This document shows, one piece after another, positions 16,145 through 25,567 of a stretch of 64,000 bases of DNA (positions are counted from its first letter, which is position 1; each line of letters starts with the position of its first letter). The translations under genes and the position numbers were made by a program. Source of the stretch: Candidatus Nomurabacteria bacterium. GTDB taxonomy: Bacteria; Patescibacteriota; Minisyncoccia; Phycocordibacterales; UBA9973. The stretch covers positions 2,884 through 66,883 of the forward strand of contig JARIGO010000017.1 in assembly GCA_029288805.1 (NCBI GenBank). Direction: 5' to 3'. The notes beneath the pieces were generated by a model that saw only the letters and a program-made list of their open reading frames with translations, was not told the origin of the DNA and did no database searches.

Positions 16145-16579
16145 ATGTTAATCGGCGAATATACACACAACATTGATGAGAAAAACAGACTGTCGCTTCC
16201 AGTTAAGTTCCGCAAGGAAATGGGGAAGTCAGTAGTTATTGCTCCTGGATTGGAACAGTCATTATTTGTGTTTACTGCAGCTGAATGGAAGAAAAAAGCC
16301 GAACAGTTGGCGGAAGGTTCCATGTTACAGTCAGATACTCGTAGCTTTAGCCGTTACTTTCTCGGTGGGGCAACTGAAGTATCAGTAGACGCAAACGGCC
16401 GTATCCTATTGCCTGACTTCTTGAAAGACAGAGCAGGTATCAAGGATAAAGTTGCTGTCATTGGCGTGTATAGCCGCCTCGAACTCTGGGATGAATCTAC
16501 ATGGCAGAAATACAAGCGCCAGGTAGAGGCAAACGCAGACACATTAGCAGAACGACTTGGCTCTATAGGCGTTCTCTAA
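16145..16579 (+). CDS. mraZ: transcriptional regulator MraZ
   Basis: The protein reads MLIGEYTHNIDEKNRLSLP and carries two DxxxR motifs (DEKNRLSLP and DANGRILLP). Confidence 0.9.
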   Translation: MLIGEYTHNIDEKNRLSLPVKFRKEMGKSVVIAPGLEQSLFVFTAAEWKKKAEQLAEGSMLQSDTRSFSRYFLGGATEVSVDANGRILLPDFLKDRAGIKDKVAVIGVYSRLELWDESTWQKYKRQVEANADTLAERLGSIGVL

Positions 16580-16580
16580 T

Positions 16581-17453
16581 ATGGAAAGTTTGCATGTTCC
16601 CGTTCTTTTACACGAATCTGTCAATTCTCTCGAGCTTGCTCCCGGTGATATTGTTGTGGACGGTACCTTTGGTGGTGGCGGGCATAGCACTGTCATTGCG
16701 CAGCAGCTCGGTACGAAAGGAACTCTTATTTGCGTTGATCTTGATGAAGCCGCTGAACAGCGTTTTCATGAGAAATTTGCCACTGCTCAGAACGTAGTCT
16801 TCGTGCATGCAAACTTCAAGGATGCTTCATACATTCTCGAACAGGCACACGTCACTACCGTGAACAAAGTTCTGCTTGATCTCGGCACTAGCGTATTTCA
16901 GCTGCTTGCTGATACTCGCGGTTTTTCATTCAACAGTGACGCTCCGCTGACCATGACATTCTCTGAACATGGTTCACATACTGGCTTTACCGCTAATGAC
17001 ATTGTGAATGCCTGGGCGGAAGAATCCATTGCCAACATCATCTACGGATACGGAGAGGAAACGAAGTCACGCAGAATCGCCAAGGCTATCGTAGAGGCTC
17101 GAAAGCTTGCGCCGATCACGACATCTAAACAGCTTGCTGACGTGATCGCCGCAGCAGTACCTCGTCACGGTCGCATTCATCCTGCCACCAAGACGTTCCA
17201 AGCCCTGCGCATTGCCGCTAATGATGAGCTGGGAACGCTGACCACCGCTATGGAAGCCTGGTGGGACAAGCTTTCTCCGGGCGGCAGACTCAGTATCATC
17301 ACCTTTCACAGTCTCGAAGACAGAATCGTCAAACAATGGATGAAAGCTCAAACTGGACACATTATCACCAAAAAACCTATTGCTCCCTCATTACAAGAAA
17401 TAAAAACTAATCCTCGATCACGAAGCGCAAAGCTCCGTACAATCGAAAAATAA
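16581..17453 (+). CDS. rsmH: 16S rRNA (cytosine1402-N4)-methyltransferase RsmH (MraW)
   Basis: The protein reads MESLHVPVLLHESV and has the SAM motif VDGTFGGGGHS. It holds the conserved dcw position after mraZ. Confidence 0.9.
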   Translation: MESLHVPVLLHESVNSLELAPGDIVVDGTFGGGGHSTVIAQQLGTKGTLICVDLDEAAEQRFHEKFATAQNVVFVHANFKDASYILEQAHVTTVNKVLLDLGTSVFQLLADTRGFSFNSDAPLTMTFSEHGSHTGFTANDIVNAWAEESIANIIYGYGEETKSRRIAKAIVEARKLAPITTSKQLADVIAAAVPRHGRIHPATKTFQALRIAANDELGTLTTAMEAWWDKLSPGGRLSIITFHSLEDRIVKQWMKAQTGHIITKKPIAPSLQEIKTNPRSRSAKLRTIEK

Positions 17454-17457
17454 CAAC

Positions 17458-17796
17458 ATGATTGCAACACTTCAAAACAAAATGGAAACCGTATCATCAA
17501 GCGATATCAATAAGACATTAAAACTCGTTACTCGATACGCATGGGTAGGTACAGGTATGCTGTTTTTATGTTATAGTTATTTTGTCGGAGCAATTACATT
17601 TAAAGTCATTAGTCAGGAAGCGTTGCAACAGGCTAATAAGACACTTATTTCTTCAATGGGCGACCAAGAACAGGCTTACCTTCAGAAGCAAGTGCAATTA
17701 AATGAAAGTTACGCCAGCTCTATTGGCTTAGTGAAAGGTACAGCGGTAGCATTTGCAGTTGCAAAGCCTGCTGTGGCATGGAATGTCGGACAGTAA
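17458..17796 (+). CDS. ftsL: FtsL-like cell division protein (single TM plus coiled coil)
   Basis: The 112-aa ORF has one TM segment and sits between rsmH and ftsI. The call rests on position and topology only. Confidence 0.5.
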   Translation: MIATLQNKMETVSSSDINKTLKLVTRYAWVGTGMLFLCYSYFVGAITFKVISQEALQQANKTLISSMGDQEQAYLQKQVQLNESYASSIGLVKGTAVAFAVAKPAVAWNVGQ

Positions 17797-19495
17797 TATT
17801 CACGCAAAACGAATAAACATTATCATTACCGCCGTAGCAGTCATCGGTGGTATTGTTATTATTCGTCTTTTTTCCTTACAAGTTATTGATTCCAAATCGT
17901 ATCGTGCTCGCGCTGAGCACCAGTATGTCACTCCTGCCGGAGATGTCTTTGACCGCGGTACTATTTATTTTACAAACAAGGACGGTACGACTGTTGCCGC
18001 AGCCACCGTACAGGACGGATTCAAGGCCGCTATCAACCCAAGCCTAGTTACCGACCCAGAAGGGGAATTTCAAAAGATTAATGCTGTTGTACCGATCGAC
18101 CAGGCGGCATTTTTGGCGAGCGCTGCCAAGAAAAATGACCCCTATGAAGAAATAGCCCAGCACCTCGATGAACATGCCGCACAGGCTCTTACCAGTCAGA
18201 AGATTCCAGGCTTAACCCTCTATCAGTCCAAATGGCGATATTATCCCGGCGGTTCATTGGCAGCTCAGGATCTTGGTTTCGTGTCATACAAGGGTAATGA
18301 CTTGGTGGGTAACTACGGTTTGGAGCAGTATTACAACGATGTACTTTCCAGAAACAGCAGCGCATTTTACGTGAACTTCTTTGCGGAAATGTTTGCCAAT
18401 ATCCAATCCAGTGTCTTCAAGAACAATTCCAGCACTGGGGATGTTGTTACTTCTATCGAACCAACCGTGCAGGCACAGCTCGAACAGGAGATTCAGGGCA
18501 TTCAGCAGAAATGGTCCAGTCAGTCAGTGGGAGCCATTGTCATGGATCCGCATACTGGTGCCATTCTCGCTATGGGTTCAACACCAAGTTTTGATCCGAA
18601 TGCGTACGGTTCAGTGAAGGATCCAAGTCTCTATCAAAATCCGTTGGTATCGAGCGACTTCGAAATGGGATCAATTTTCAAGCCATTGATCATGGCAGCA
18701 GCTATCGAAAACCATGTCGTTACTCCTCAGACCTCCTATGACGATACTGGTTCCGTAAAGGTTGGAAACGCTACTATTTATAACTTCGACAAGGTTGGTC
18801 GTGGTCCGGGCACAACCATGCAGACGGTACTTAATGACTCATTGAACACTGGTATGATTTATGTTGAGCAGCACATGGGTCAGGCTATGTTCAAAAAATA
18901 TATTGAGGATGTATACCATCTGAATACCAAGACTGGTGTCGATTTGCCAGGAGAGGTTAACGGTTTGATGACAAGTCTCAATGGTAACAACGATGTGAAC
19001 TATGCTACTGCCGCATTCGGACAAGGTATCGCGACAACACCGATTGATATCGTGCGCGGTATGGCGTCACTTGCGAATGGGGGCTACTTGGTAACTCCAC
19101 ACTTGGCAACTGCCATCAATGAGCAGGATGGCACGGTGAAGACGTTGACCTATCCCAAGACTGGTCCAGTACTTAGTCCGTCAACACTTCAGACCATTGA
19201 TCAAATGATGGTAACAGTCGTGAATGACGGCTATCACCGTGAGCAGGCAAACTATACTGTTGCTGCAAAGACTGGTACTGCTCAGATTGCTAAGCCGGGA
19301 GGCGGGGGATATTACAACGATCGTAACCTGCACTCCATGATTGGTTTCTTCCCAGCGAGCAATCCGCAATTCTTGATTTATTTCTATGACTATTACCCGA
19401 AGAATATCTTGTACTCCATTCAGACTTTGGGTGATCCGTTCATGAATATGATACAATTCTTAGCAAATTACTATAGCGTCCCTCCGGATAAGTAG
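17783..19495 (+). CDS. ftsI: peptidoglycan D,D-transpeptidase FtsI (PBP3-type)
   Basis: ATG 17783 gives MSDSNIHAKRINIIITAVAVIGG with a TM helix. The PBP motifs are SIFKP, SLNTG and KTGTA. An alternative in-frame start exists at 17753. Confidence 0.85.
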   Translation: MSDSNIHAKRINIIITAVAVIGGIVIIRLFSLQVIDSKSYRARAEHQYVTPAGDVFDRGTIYFTNKDGTTVAAATVQDGFKAAINPSLVTDPEGEFQKINAVVPIDQAAFLASAAKKNDPYEEIAQHLDEHAAQALTSQKIPGLTLYQSKWRYYPGGSLAAQDLGFVSYKGNDLVGNYGLEQYYNDVLSRNSSAFYVNFFAEMFANIQSSVFKNNSSTGDVVTSIEPTVQAQLEQEIQGIQQKWSSQSVGAIVMDPHTGAILAMGSTPSFDPNAYGSVKDPSLYQNPLVSSDFEMGSIFKPLIMAAAIENHVVTPQTSYDDTGSVKVGNATIYNFDKVGRGPGTTMQTVLNDSLNTGMIYVEQHMGQAMFKKYIEDVYHLNTKTGVDLPGEVNGLMTSLNGNNDVNYATAAFGQGIATTPIDIVRGMASLANGGYLVTPHLATAINEQDGTVKTLTYPKTGPVLSPSTLQTIDQMMVTVVNDGYHREQANYTVAAKTGTAQIAKPGGGGYYNDRNLHSMIGFFPASNPQFLIYFYDYYPKNILYSIQTLGDPFMNMIQFLANYYSVPPDK

Positions 19496-19508
19496 GGTAA
19501 TAATTTTT

Positions 19509-20153
19509 ATGTCATTCAATTTTTCAATTCGATCTGCATTTAAAGACTCATGGAACATATTTGCAAAGCATATGTGGTTTTTCCTTGGCTTAGCGTTTGT
19601 ACTTATTATTTTTAATGTTTTTTACGGTACCAATCACGTTCATACCACCCATCAAGGTGTTCTTACCGCAGTGGTAGTGATTGCCATGTTTTTGTGGGCA
19701 TACGTATGGATTAGCGCCGCATTGGCTGCCGTTGATAAAAAAGACGCTATCTTGAACTTCCGCTCATTGTCCACGCACATGCCAACACTTCGTCAGTTTT
19801 TGATGTTCGTGCTTATCGGTATTGTTGTTGGCCTTATCGTTGGTGTCGGCATTGTATTGCTCATCATTCCTGGCATTTATTTCATGACACGATTGGTATT
19901 CAGTACCTTCGCATACGTTGATCGTAACCAAAGTGTAGGTAAGTCACTGAGCTATTCATGGCATCTCGTAAAAGGTAAGATCTTCTGGACAACATTTCTT
20001 GTCCTCATCATTTACTTCGTACTGATTTTTATCGGCAACCTTGCCCTCGTTATCGGCGCGTTGATCACGTATCCATTGGCTGTGCTGCTACTGGCGCATC
20101 TCTATCGAGCATTAAGCAATTACCATGAGGGGATTGCTGCTGCTTCAGAATAG
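19509..20153 (+). CDS. hypothetical polytopic membrane protein (DUF975-like topology)
   Basis: The 214-aa ORF has 4-5 hydrophobic helices. No catalytic motif was recognised. Confidence 0.55.
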   Translation: MSFNFSIRSAFKDSWNIFAKHMWFFLGLAFVLIIFNVFYGTNHVHTTHQGVLTAVVVIAMFLWAYVWISAALAAVDKKDAILNFRSLSTHMPTLRQFLMFVLIGIVVGLIVGVGIVLLIIPGIYFMTRLVFSTFAYVDRNQSVGKSLSYSWHLVKGKIFWTTFLVLIIYFVLIFIGNLALVIGALITYPLAVLLLAHLYRALSNYHEGIAAASE

Positions 20154-20205
20154 ATCACTTGACTATTAGCCGTGAGGTGGTACATTCATAAAAAAATATA
20201 TTATT

Positions 20206-20379
20206 ATGAATAATCCGCAAGCATGCCCGCGATGCAAAAAGACCAACTCTCTTGATAGAATTCATCGCACCGCTCTTCAAAGATTCCTCTTTCGTTCATC
20301 GCGAAGATATCGTTGTATGAGTTGCAATAAGAAAACGTTCGTGTTATTTGTTCCCAAGCTAAAACAACAAACCGTCTAA
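20206..20379 (+). pseudogene. 57-aa zinc-ribbon ORF resembling the N-terminal Zn-ribbon of IS1595/InsA-type transposases (likely IS remnant)
   Basis: The ORF translates as MNNPQACPRCKKTNSLDRIHRTALQRFLFRSSRRYRCMSCNKKTF. The spacing CPxC ... (Q)RYxCxxCxKTF is that of the transposase zinc-ribbon domain. The ORF stops immediately afterwards and no DDE domain follows. It is under 60 aa and so is absent from the ORF track. Confidence 0.45.
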
Positions 20380-20402
20380 CAGTACAAACAATGTGCCCAT
20401 GT

Positions 20403-20434
20403 AACAGCCAGGAAATCCCTGGTTGTTTTTGTTT
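20403..20434 (+). terminator. terminator after the zinc-ribbon ORF
   Basis: A 10-bp stem AACAGCCAGG/CCTGGTTGTT with one G:U pair is followed by TTTTTGTTTGT. Confidence 0.6.
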
Positions 20435-20500
20435 GTAGCCAATAAATATTGACTTTCTTAATAAATAATATACTTTAGAGTTAAATTAAAAAATTAAGAT

Positions 20501-20950
20501 ATGAAAAAAATATTTGTCCTTGCTTCAAGTAGGGAGCGGTTTGATGTCCTGCATGCATTCCTTATCGAAAATGGATATGAACATGACTATGAGTTTGTTC
20601 TTCCAAAAAAAGTCCCGGTTTCCAGCCCAGGGATTGTTACGTTCATCAGAGGAGGGGAAGGAAACTCTTTACCCGAATTATGCATTGTGGATCAGGATCT
20701 TGGCTTTGAACTGAACGGCGAAGACATGGCTTCCATTTTCCAGGGACCAATCGCTCGAATAAGCATGCCGCTGAAAATCATCTACCTTCTTGAAAAAGGA
20801 AGGAGCGTTACTCTTAACAAGAAAGTGCGCTATGTCTACTGGCTAAAGAGTAGCCCGTTTGAGGAAGTAGAGGAAGCATTGCTAGCCACTATTGTGGACT
20901 TTACCAAGACTAATCAAAGCCTGATGGACAGGATGATCAACAGCATTTAG
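20501..20950 (+). CDS. hypothetical protein, 149 aa
   Basis: The ORF is clean and has a plausible A-rich RBS region. No recognisable domain was found. Confidence 0.5.
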   Translation: MKKIFVLASSRERFDVLHAFLIENGYEHDYEFVLPKKVPVSSPGIVTFIRGGEGNSLPELCIVDQDLGFELNGEDMASIFQGPIARISMPLKIIYLLEKGRSVTLNKKVRYVYWLKSSPFEEVEEALLATIVDFTKTNQSLMDRMINSI

Positions 20951-21006
20951 CAAACTAACAAATTTGCACCAACAGCAGTATAAGTAATACTGCTGTTTTT
21001 AATTTG

Positions 21007-21078
21007 TGACCCCACGGAGAATCGAACTCCGATTAACGGCTTGAGAAGCCGGCGTCCTAACCGTTAGACGATGGGGCC
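21007..21078 (-). tRNA. tRNA-Glu (anticodon CTC)
   Basis: The reverse complement folds as acceptor GGCCCCA/TGGGGTC, D-arm GTCT-AACGGTTA-GGAC, anticodon stem CCGGC/GCCGT with loop TTCTCAA (anticodon CUC), and T-arm CGGAG-TTCGATT-CTCCG. The discriminator is A. Confidence 0.75.
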
Positions 21079-21149
21079 AGTGCATGTATAGTATCGAGAG
21101 ATTTGAATTTGGGCAAGTATGGAAATGATAAAAAGGTACCTGGTACCAT

Positions 21150-21183
21150 TTTTAATCCTTGGATCACAAAAAAATGAGCCTTA
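21150..21183. terminator. hairpin AATGAGCCTTATT/AATAAGACTCATT (12 of 13 bp) downstream of minus-strand gene 21184-21798
   Basis: An inverted repeat with AT-rich flanks lies directly after the stop of the minus-strand gene. Confidence 0.4.
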
Positions 21184-21798
21184 TTATTTTAAATAAGACT
21201 CATTGGTTAGGAATTCAAGGGGAGAAGCGATAAAACTGGTCGTGTTGTTTTTCTTAGCGATATCAATTGCGTTATCAAAAGTTTTTACCACCGTTTCGAT
21301 TTCAAAGCCGATTCCAAGGTACTCTTTAACTTCATAGAGTAAAGGAGGATAATGCATCACTGTGCAATCCAATATCGCTCCTTTATACGTCATGAAAGTA
21401 TGAACTCCAATAAAGTACAACTTTTCTAATGGCACAGAAAGGCTCGTGGCTTTCATGCGATACAGGCCGGAAACAAACTGAAAGTCTTTCAATGATTCGG
21501 GGTGGGTTTCCATCAGATATGCTGCATACAGAATGTTGTTGCTGTGGCAGTGTCGATGTATGACCCGTGAAGGCTTTATTATTCCTTCAGGATAGTCCAG
21601 CAATCTTTCATGAAAGTATGACCCTGATACTGCAAGAAGGTTGTAAATAGCATCCATTGGCGTACCAAGTGTTGATGCGGTGTGTATCCATTCATGCAAA
21701 GGTATGTCTTCACGAAGCTCTTCTCCTAATAAAAAACCTTTTTGCCCATATATTTTTGCCATAAGGTATAATTTTTCCTCATATTGCCTTATTCCCAC
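21184..21798 (-). CDS. hypothetical protein, 204 aa, His-rich (possible metal-dependent hydrolase, unverified)
   Basis: The ORF is clean and contains the His-rich segments LHEWIHTAS and IHRHCHSNN. No firm family assignment was made. Confidence 0.5.
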   Translation of the reverse strand: MGIRQYEEKLYLMAKIYGQKGFLLGEELREDIPLHEWIHTASTLGTPMDAIYNLLAVSGSYFHERLLDYPEGIIKPSRVIHRHCHSNNILYAAYLMETHPESLKDFQFVSGLYRMKATSLSVPLEKLYFIGVHTFMTYKGAILDCTVMHYPPLLYEVKEYLGIGFEIETVVKTFDNAIDIAKKNNTTSFIASPLEFLTNESYLK

Positions 21799-21981
21799 AA
21801 AAAGTCAACAAGGACTATCGATGATGAATTGGTATATACTATATCTATGAAGCATCATCATTGGTTTCTGTTTATCTTTATACTATTGTTTGCCGCGGCG
21901 TTGTTTGGCTTGGTAAACACTATTATTCAAAGCACGGCTTCTTCAAACACTTCCATTAACAAATAAGCGTAGAGTTACCAT

Positions 21982-22758
21982 ATGAATCGTCCAGTATCAA
22001 AAACAGTTCTCATAATATTGCTCGTAGTCGTTCTCGCCGTTATCGGTTTCTTTGTCTATAGCCATCGTGCGGCAAAAGTGACGCCGACACAGGTTACGGA
22101 GAACGTTCCTACGCCAACTCCAAGCCAGCAGTGGCCGTCTACAAAGATAAAAGATGCGACTGTTAAGGACAATACAAGTTACTACACAATCTCTGCTACA
22201 TATCCTATAGTGAAGGATACAGTCATTAGTGGCTACTTCAAAAAATACGTTGATGACTCAGTGGCAGGGTTCAAGAGTGATACCTCATGGGCGACAAGTG
22301 ACAGTGCGGACTCTGCAGCGGCAGGACAGCTCACGCTGAATATTACCTACACAGAACAAAAGACTGATAACGCTGATAACTATATTTTTAGTAACAGTTC
22401 ATATGAAGGGGGAGCGCATGGTCTGACTGCGACACAGACATTCACATTCTCACCGACAGGTCAGCTTATTTCTTTGTCTAATCTTTTCACGAACGGTCTT
22501 GCTGGTCTCCAGACCATTGCACCGTATGTGGCATCACAGCTCAAGAGTACATTGCCAAGCACAGATCAGGACTTCGTGGCTGATGGCACTTCACCGACAG
22601 CGGAGAATTACGCCAACTTCACCGTTCAGGATGACAGTGTGACGTTTTATTTTGATCCATACCAAGTGGCACCATATTCTGATGGACTACAAAAAGTTAC
22701 CGTACCAGTATCTGCATTCAAGAGTATTGCTAGTCTGGATATTTTCTCTACAAAATAA
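21982..22758 (+). CDS. DUF3298/DUF4163 (RsiV/PdaC C-terminal-like) membrane-anchored protein
   Basis: The protein has an N-terminal TM anchor. The YEGGAHG motif and the surrounding pattern are typical of DUF3298. Confidence 0.7.
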   Translation: MNRPVSKTVLIILLVVVLAVIGFFVYSHRAAKVTPTQVTENVPTPTPSQQWPSTKIKDATVKDNTSYYTISATYPIVKDTVISGYFKKYVDDSVAGFKSDTSWATSDSADSAAAGQLTLNITYTEQKTDNADNYIFSNSSYEGGAHGLTATQTFTFSPTGQLISLSNLFTNGLAGLQTIAPYVASQLKSTLPSTDQDFVADGTSPTAENYANFTVQDDSVTFYFDPYQVAPYSDGLQKVTVPVSAFKSIASLDIFSTK

Positions 22759-23835
22759 TTATTCCGTAGTACGTTCGATAGGGCTGATGTCCACGAGAAG
22801 CGGTTCGATGTCATTGCTTGAGCCAGTGATGCGCATGACGTCCTTGTCCACTTTCTTCAATTCCTTTCCAGCATTGCTGTAATGATTTACAACGGTAGTA
22901 AGTGAACCGCCAATCTTGTTGTGGTATTCCTCGTAGGCTTTCATGTGCTTGCCGAGCTCTTCCACGCGCTTCACGATATCCTTTGCGCTTTCTTCGATTT
23001 GCATGGCACGAAGACCTTGCAAGACAGTTTGGAGGTATGCCAAGAATGACGTAGGGGAAACAATGATGACTTTCTTTTCAAATGCATACTGCACCAGGTC
23101 CTGCGTGTTTACTTTGATACTGCCGACTTCCGCTACGAGCAAATCATAATAAATGGACTCATGAGGGATGAACATGAATGCAAAGTCCAATGTGTTTTCT
23201 GCGGGACGGATGTATTTTGATGTCTCATCAATACGTCTCTTGATGTCCTTACGAAATTCGTTGACGAACTGTTCAGGATCACCGCCGTTTTGATTGGTTT
23301 CTATGATGCGATTATAGTTTTCCAATGAGAATTTTGAGTCGATAGGAATGATCTTGTCTTTTACCATCACGATGGCATCGACGATTTCACCGTTATTGAA
23401 CTTGTATTGTGTCTGGAATGTCTTTGGAGGCAAGACCTTTGAAAGAATGGTTTCCAAATAATATTCACCAAGAATAGTACCGCGTTGCTTTGGGTTCTTG
23501 AGGATGTCTTGCAAGTTGCGAAGCTGGTCAGCAAAGTTCAATACCTGCTTGTTGCCTTCATCAAGACGGGTCAGACGCTCGGTAATGTCACTGATGATAT
23601 TGGCTGATTGCGTAGACTGGTGCATCATTGATTCACGAATGCTCTTTTCAGATTCGCCAAGCTTTTGATCGACGGTCTTTTGCAGTTCTGATACCTGCTG
23701 CATCAGCAATTGAAAGCCAGTGCTATTGTCCTCTTGTTTTATCGGTTCAGTTTTTTTACTGCTCGCGATGAAGTATGTCACAACTCCGCCAACCACTATG
23801 CCTCCTAAGATATAAATAATTTCCATATTATCCAA
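22759..23835 (-). CDS. rmuC: DNA recombination protein RmuC
   Basis: An N-terminal TM segment and long coiled coil are followed by the RmuC C-terminal nuclease-like domain (FAFMFIPHESIYYDLL ... VIIVSPTSFLAYLQTV). Confidence 0.85.
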   Translation of the reverse strand: MDNMEIIYILGGIVVGGVVTYFIASSKKTEPIKQEDNSTGFQLLMQQVSELQKTVDQKLGESEKSIRESMMHQSTQSANIISDITERLTRLDEGNKQVLNFADQLRNLQDILKNPKQRGTILGEYYLETILSKVLPPKTFQTQYKFNNGEIVDAIVMVKDKIIPIDSKFSLENYNRIIETNQNGGDPEQFVNEFRKDIKRRIDETSKYIRPAENTLDFAFMFIPHESIYYDLLVAEVGSIKVNTQDLVQYAFEKKVIIVSPTSFLAYLQTVLQGLRAMQIEESAKDIVKRVEELGKHMKAYEEYHNKIGGSLTTVVNHYSNAGKELKKVDKDVMRITGSSNDIEPLLVDISPIERTTE

Positions 23836-24553
23836 CGTATTTTTCTAATGTATAAATCCAGTCCGTTTCGTCCTTGTCGCTTTTGCGTTTCTGATCGAGC
23901 AGCCATGATAGGTAGCCGATATCAAGCGATGCCACTTCGGCAATAGTCTTGCCGTTATACTTTCCAAAGTTAATAGTCTTAATAGCCAGTGGTTCCGAAG
24001 TGATACCGATCATTTTTGCAATTGCAGCTTCTTCATCGCAGTCCCATGCTTTCATGGCTTCCTGCAATTCGTATTCAAACAGCTTTTCCAATACCAAGAC
24101 ATCGGCATAGGCTTCGTGCGATGACACTTCCAATTCAATATCAAGCGCGTACCGCAAGTACTGCAATTTGTGCATGCTAAATCTTCCTTCGCTATCAAGC
24201 TCGCGAATGACTTTGAAGGTGCACAACAGGTTCTTGATAGTAATACCGTCATTCTTTAGGATCTGTTCATCAAAGGCGGCATTGTGAGCCACGCAAATAG
24301 TGTCGTCGTCTTCAAGCAATGCCTTGATGGACGCATACTCAGGCGCTTCCTTAAATGCGGGACGATTGGCAACCATTTTGTTTGAAATGTGGTGAATGGC
24401 AGAACATTCGAAGGGAATCGGCACTGGTGGCTTGTACATGGCATCAACAACCGGCGTAGCATTGCCTCGCTCAACAATGGCAAGCTGACAGAGATAGTCA
24501 TGCAGGCCATTTCCAGTAGTTTCGGTATCAAAAAAGATGATTTTCATGCGCAT
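23828..24553 (-). CDS. DnaQ-like 3'-5' exonuclease (DEDDh) with C-terminal extension
   Basis: Exo I is IIFFDTETTG, and exo II and III are also present (CVAHNAAFDEQIL ... HEAYADV). The C-terminal domain ends KYNGKTIAEVASLDIGYLSWLL. Confidence 0.8.
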   Translation of the reverse strand: MRMKIIFFDTETTGNGLHDYLCQLAIVERGNATPVVDAMYKPPVPIPFECSAIHHISNKMVANRPAFKEAPEYASIKALLEDDDTICVAHNAAFDEQILKNDGITIKNLLCTFKVIRELDSEGRFSMHKLQYLRYALDIELEVSSHEAYADVLVLEKLFEYELQEAMKAWDCDEEAAIAKMIGITSEPLAIKTINFGKYNGKTIAEVASLDIGYLSWLLDQKRKSDKDETDWIYTLEKYVG

Positions 24554-25023
24554 ATTCTACCACAAAAAATAGCCCTCAATTTGAGGGCTATGAAATCAGA
24601 ACGGGCGAGAGGATGCTGGCGTTTCAAGACAGGTTTCGGGCAGGGCAGAGACGGTGGCAGCATCGGTATATCGTTACGGGCTGAAGAACTTTCAGTAACT
24701 ACAATCCTTTCTGTTAGAAGTTTGTATTCCTCCATACTCTGAAGCACCTTATCAATAAGCTGTTGGGCAAATTGCGCCTGTAGGGAAAGTTGATGTGTTG
24801 CTTCTGCGTGTTCTATATCAAAAATAGCGAGACTGATACGACGTTCATGGCGAAATAATGCCAATAGGGAACCAATATCGACTTCCTCTTCAAGGCTGCG
24901 CGCTACCAATAACACGGGACAGACCGTTTTGTGTTCTTCGGGAAGCAACAGCGTTCTACCTGTATGTGCCCCAATGCCTATTATAGCCACTGAATCTTTG
25001 ATGAATGTTCTTCTATTATTCAT
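24544..25023 (-). CDS. hypothetical protein with twin-arginine (Tat)-like signal peptide
   Basis: The N-terminus MNNRRTFIKDSVAIIGIGAHTG matches the S/T-R-R-x-F-L-K Tat consensus. The last third of the ORF is Pro/Arg-rich with odd composition and overlaps a hairpin, so the C-terminus is uncertain. Confidence 0.4.
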   Translation of the reverse strand: MNNRRTFIKDSVAIIGIGAHTGRTLLLPEEHKTVCPVLLVARSLEEEVDIGSLLALFRHERRISLAIFDIEHAEATHQLSLQAQFAQQLIDKVLQSMEEYKLLTERIVVTESSSARNDIPMLPPSLPCPKPVLKRQHPLARSDFIALKLRAIFCGRICA

Positions 25024-25102
25024 ATTGTGAAAGCTTTTTTATATAATGTCATATATTTTTATTATGTCAAATACTACTGACTCTATGCTATAATATCTAC
25101 AT

Positions 25103-25552
25103 ATGATTGCTACCGATATTCGAGAACAAATGAAACAGGCTATGCGTGATAAGGATCAGGTTGCACTTGATACCTATCGTGGCGTGCTTAGTGCTTTTAC
25201 ATCAGAACTGGTTGCTACAGGCAAGACTCCGCAGGATGAAGTGTCTGATGACTTGGCATTGAAGGTTATTCAAAAGCTTATCAAACAGCGCAAGGATGCT
25301 ATCAGTCAGTTTGAAGCGGGAGGCCGTGCAGATCTTGCTGATGAGGAAAAGAAGCAGCTTGCGTTCTTGGAAAAATTCCAGCCAGCACAAATGAGCGAAG
25401 CAGAAATTCGCACTATTGCTGAAGCAAAGAAAACTGAACTCGGCATCACCGACAAAGCCAAGGCAGGTGTTCTTACGGGCGCTGTGATGAAGGCGGTGGC
25501 AGGACAGGCAGATGGAAGTGTGGTAAAAGCTGTTGTTGAATCACTGTTCTAA
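25103..25552 (+). CDS. GatB/YqeY domain protein
   Basis: The whole 149-aa protein matches the YqeY family pattern (DTYRGVLSAFTSELVATGK ... ISQFEAGGRADLADEEKKQLAFLEKFQP). Confidence 0.85.
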   Translation: MIATDIREQMKQAMRDKDQVALDTYRGVLSAFTSELVATGKTPQDEVSDDLALKVIQKLIKQRKDAISQFEAGGRADLADEEKKQLAFLEKFQPAQMSEAEIRTIAEAKKTELGITDKAKAGVLTGAVMKAVAGQADGSVVKAVVESLF

Positions 25553-25567
25553 CGCTATACTATTTCT

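Noticed and set aside
16027-16323. 98-aa minus-strand ORF overlapping the greA terminator, MraZ operator and mraZ start
   Set aside because: It overlaps a terminator, a promoter/operator and the 5' end of mraZ, so it is implausible as a gene.
24389-24742. 117-aa plus-strand ORF across the exonuclease start
   Set aside because: It is antisense to the DnaQ-like exonuclease N-terminus and to the Tat-signal ORF, with no independent support.
24593-24745. SRP (4.5S) RNA in the GC-rich segment upstream of the exonuclease gene
   Set aside because: No AGGUCC-GNRA-GGAAGCAG domain IV arrangement could be found on either strand.
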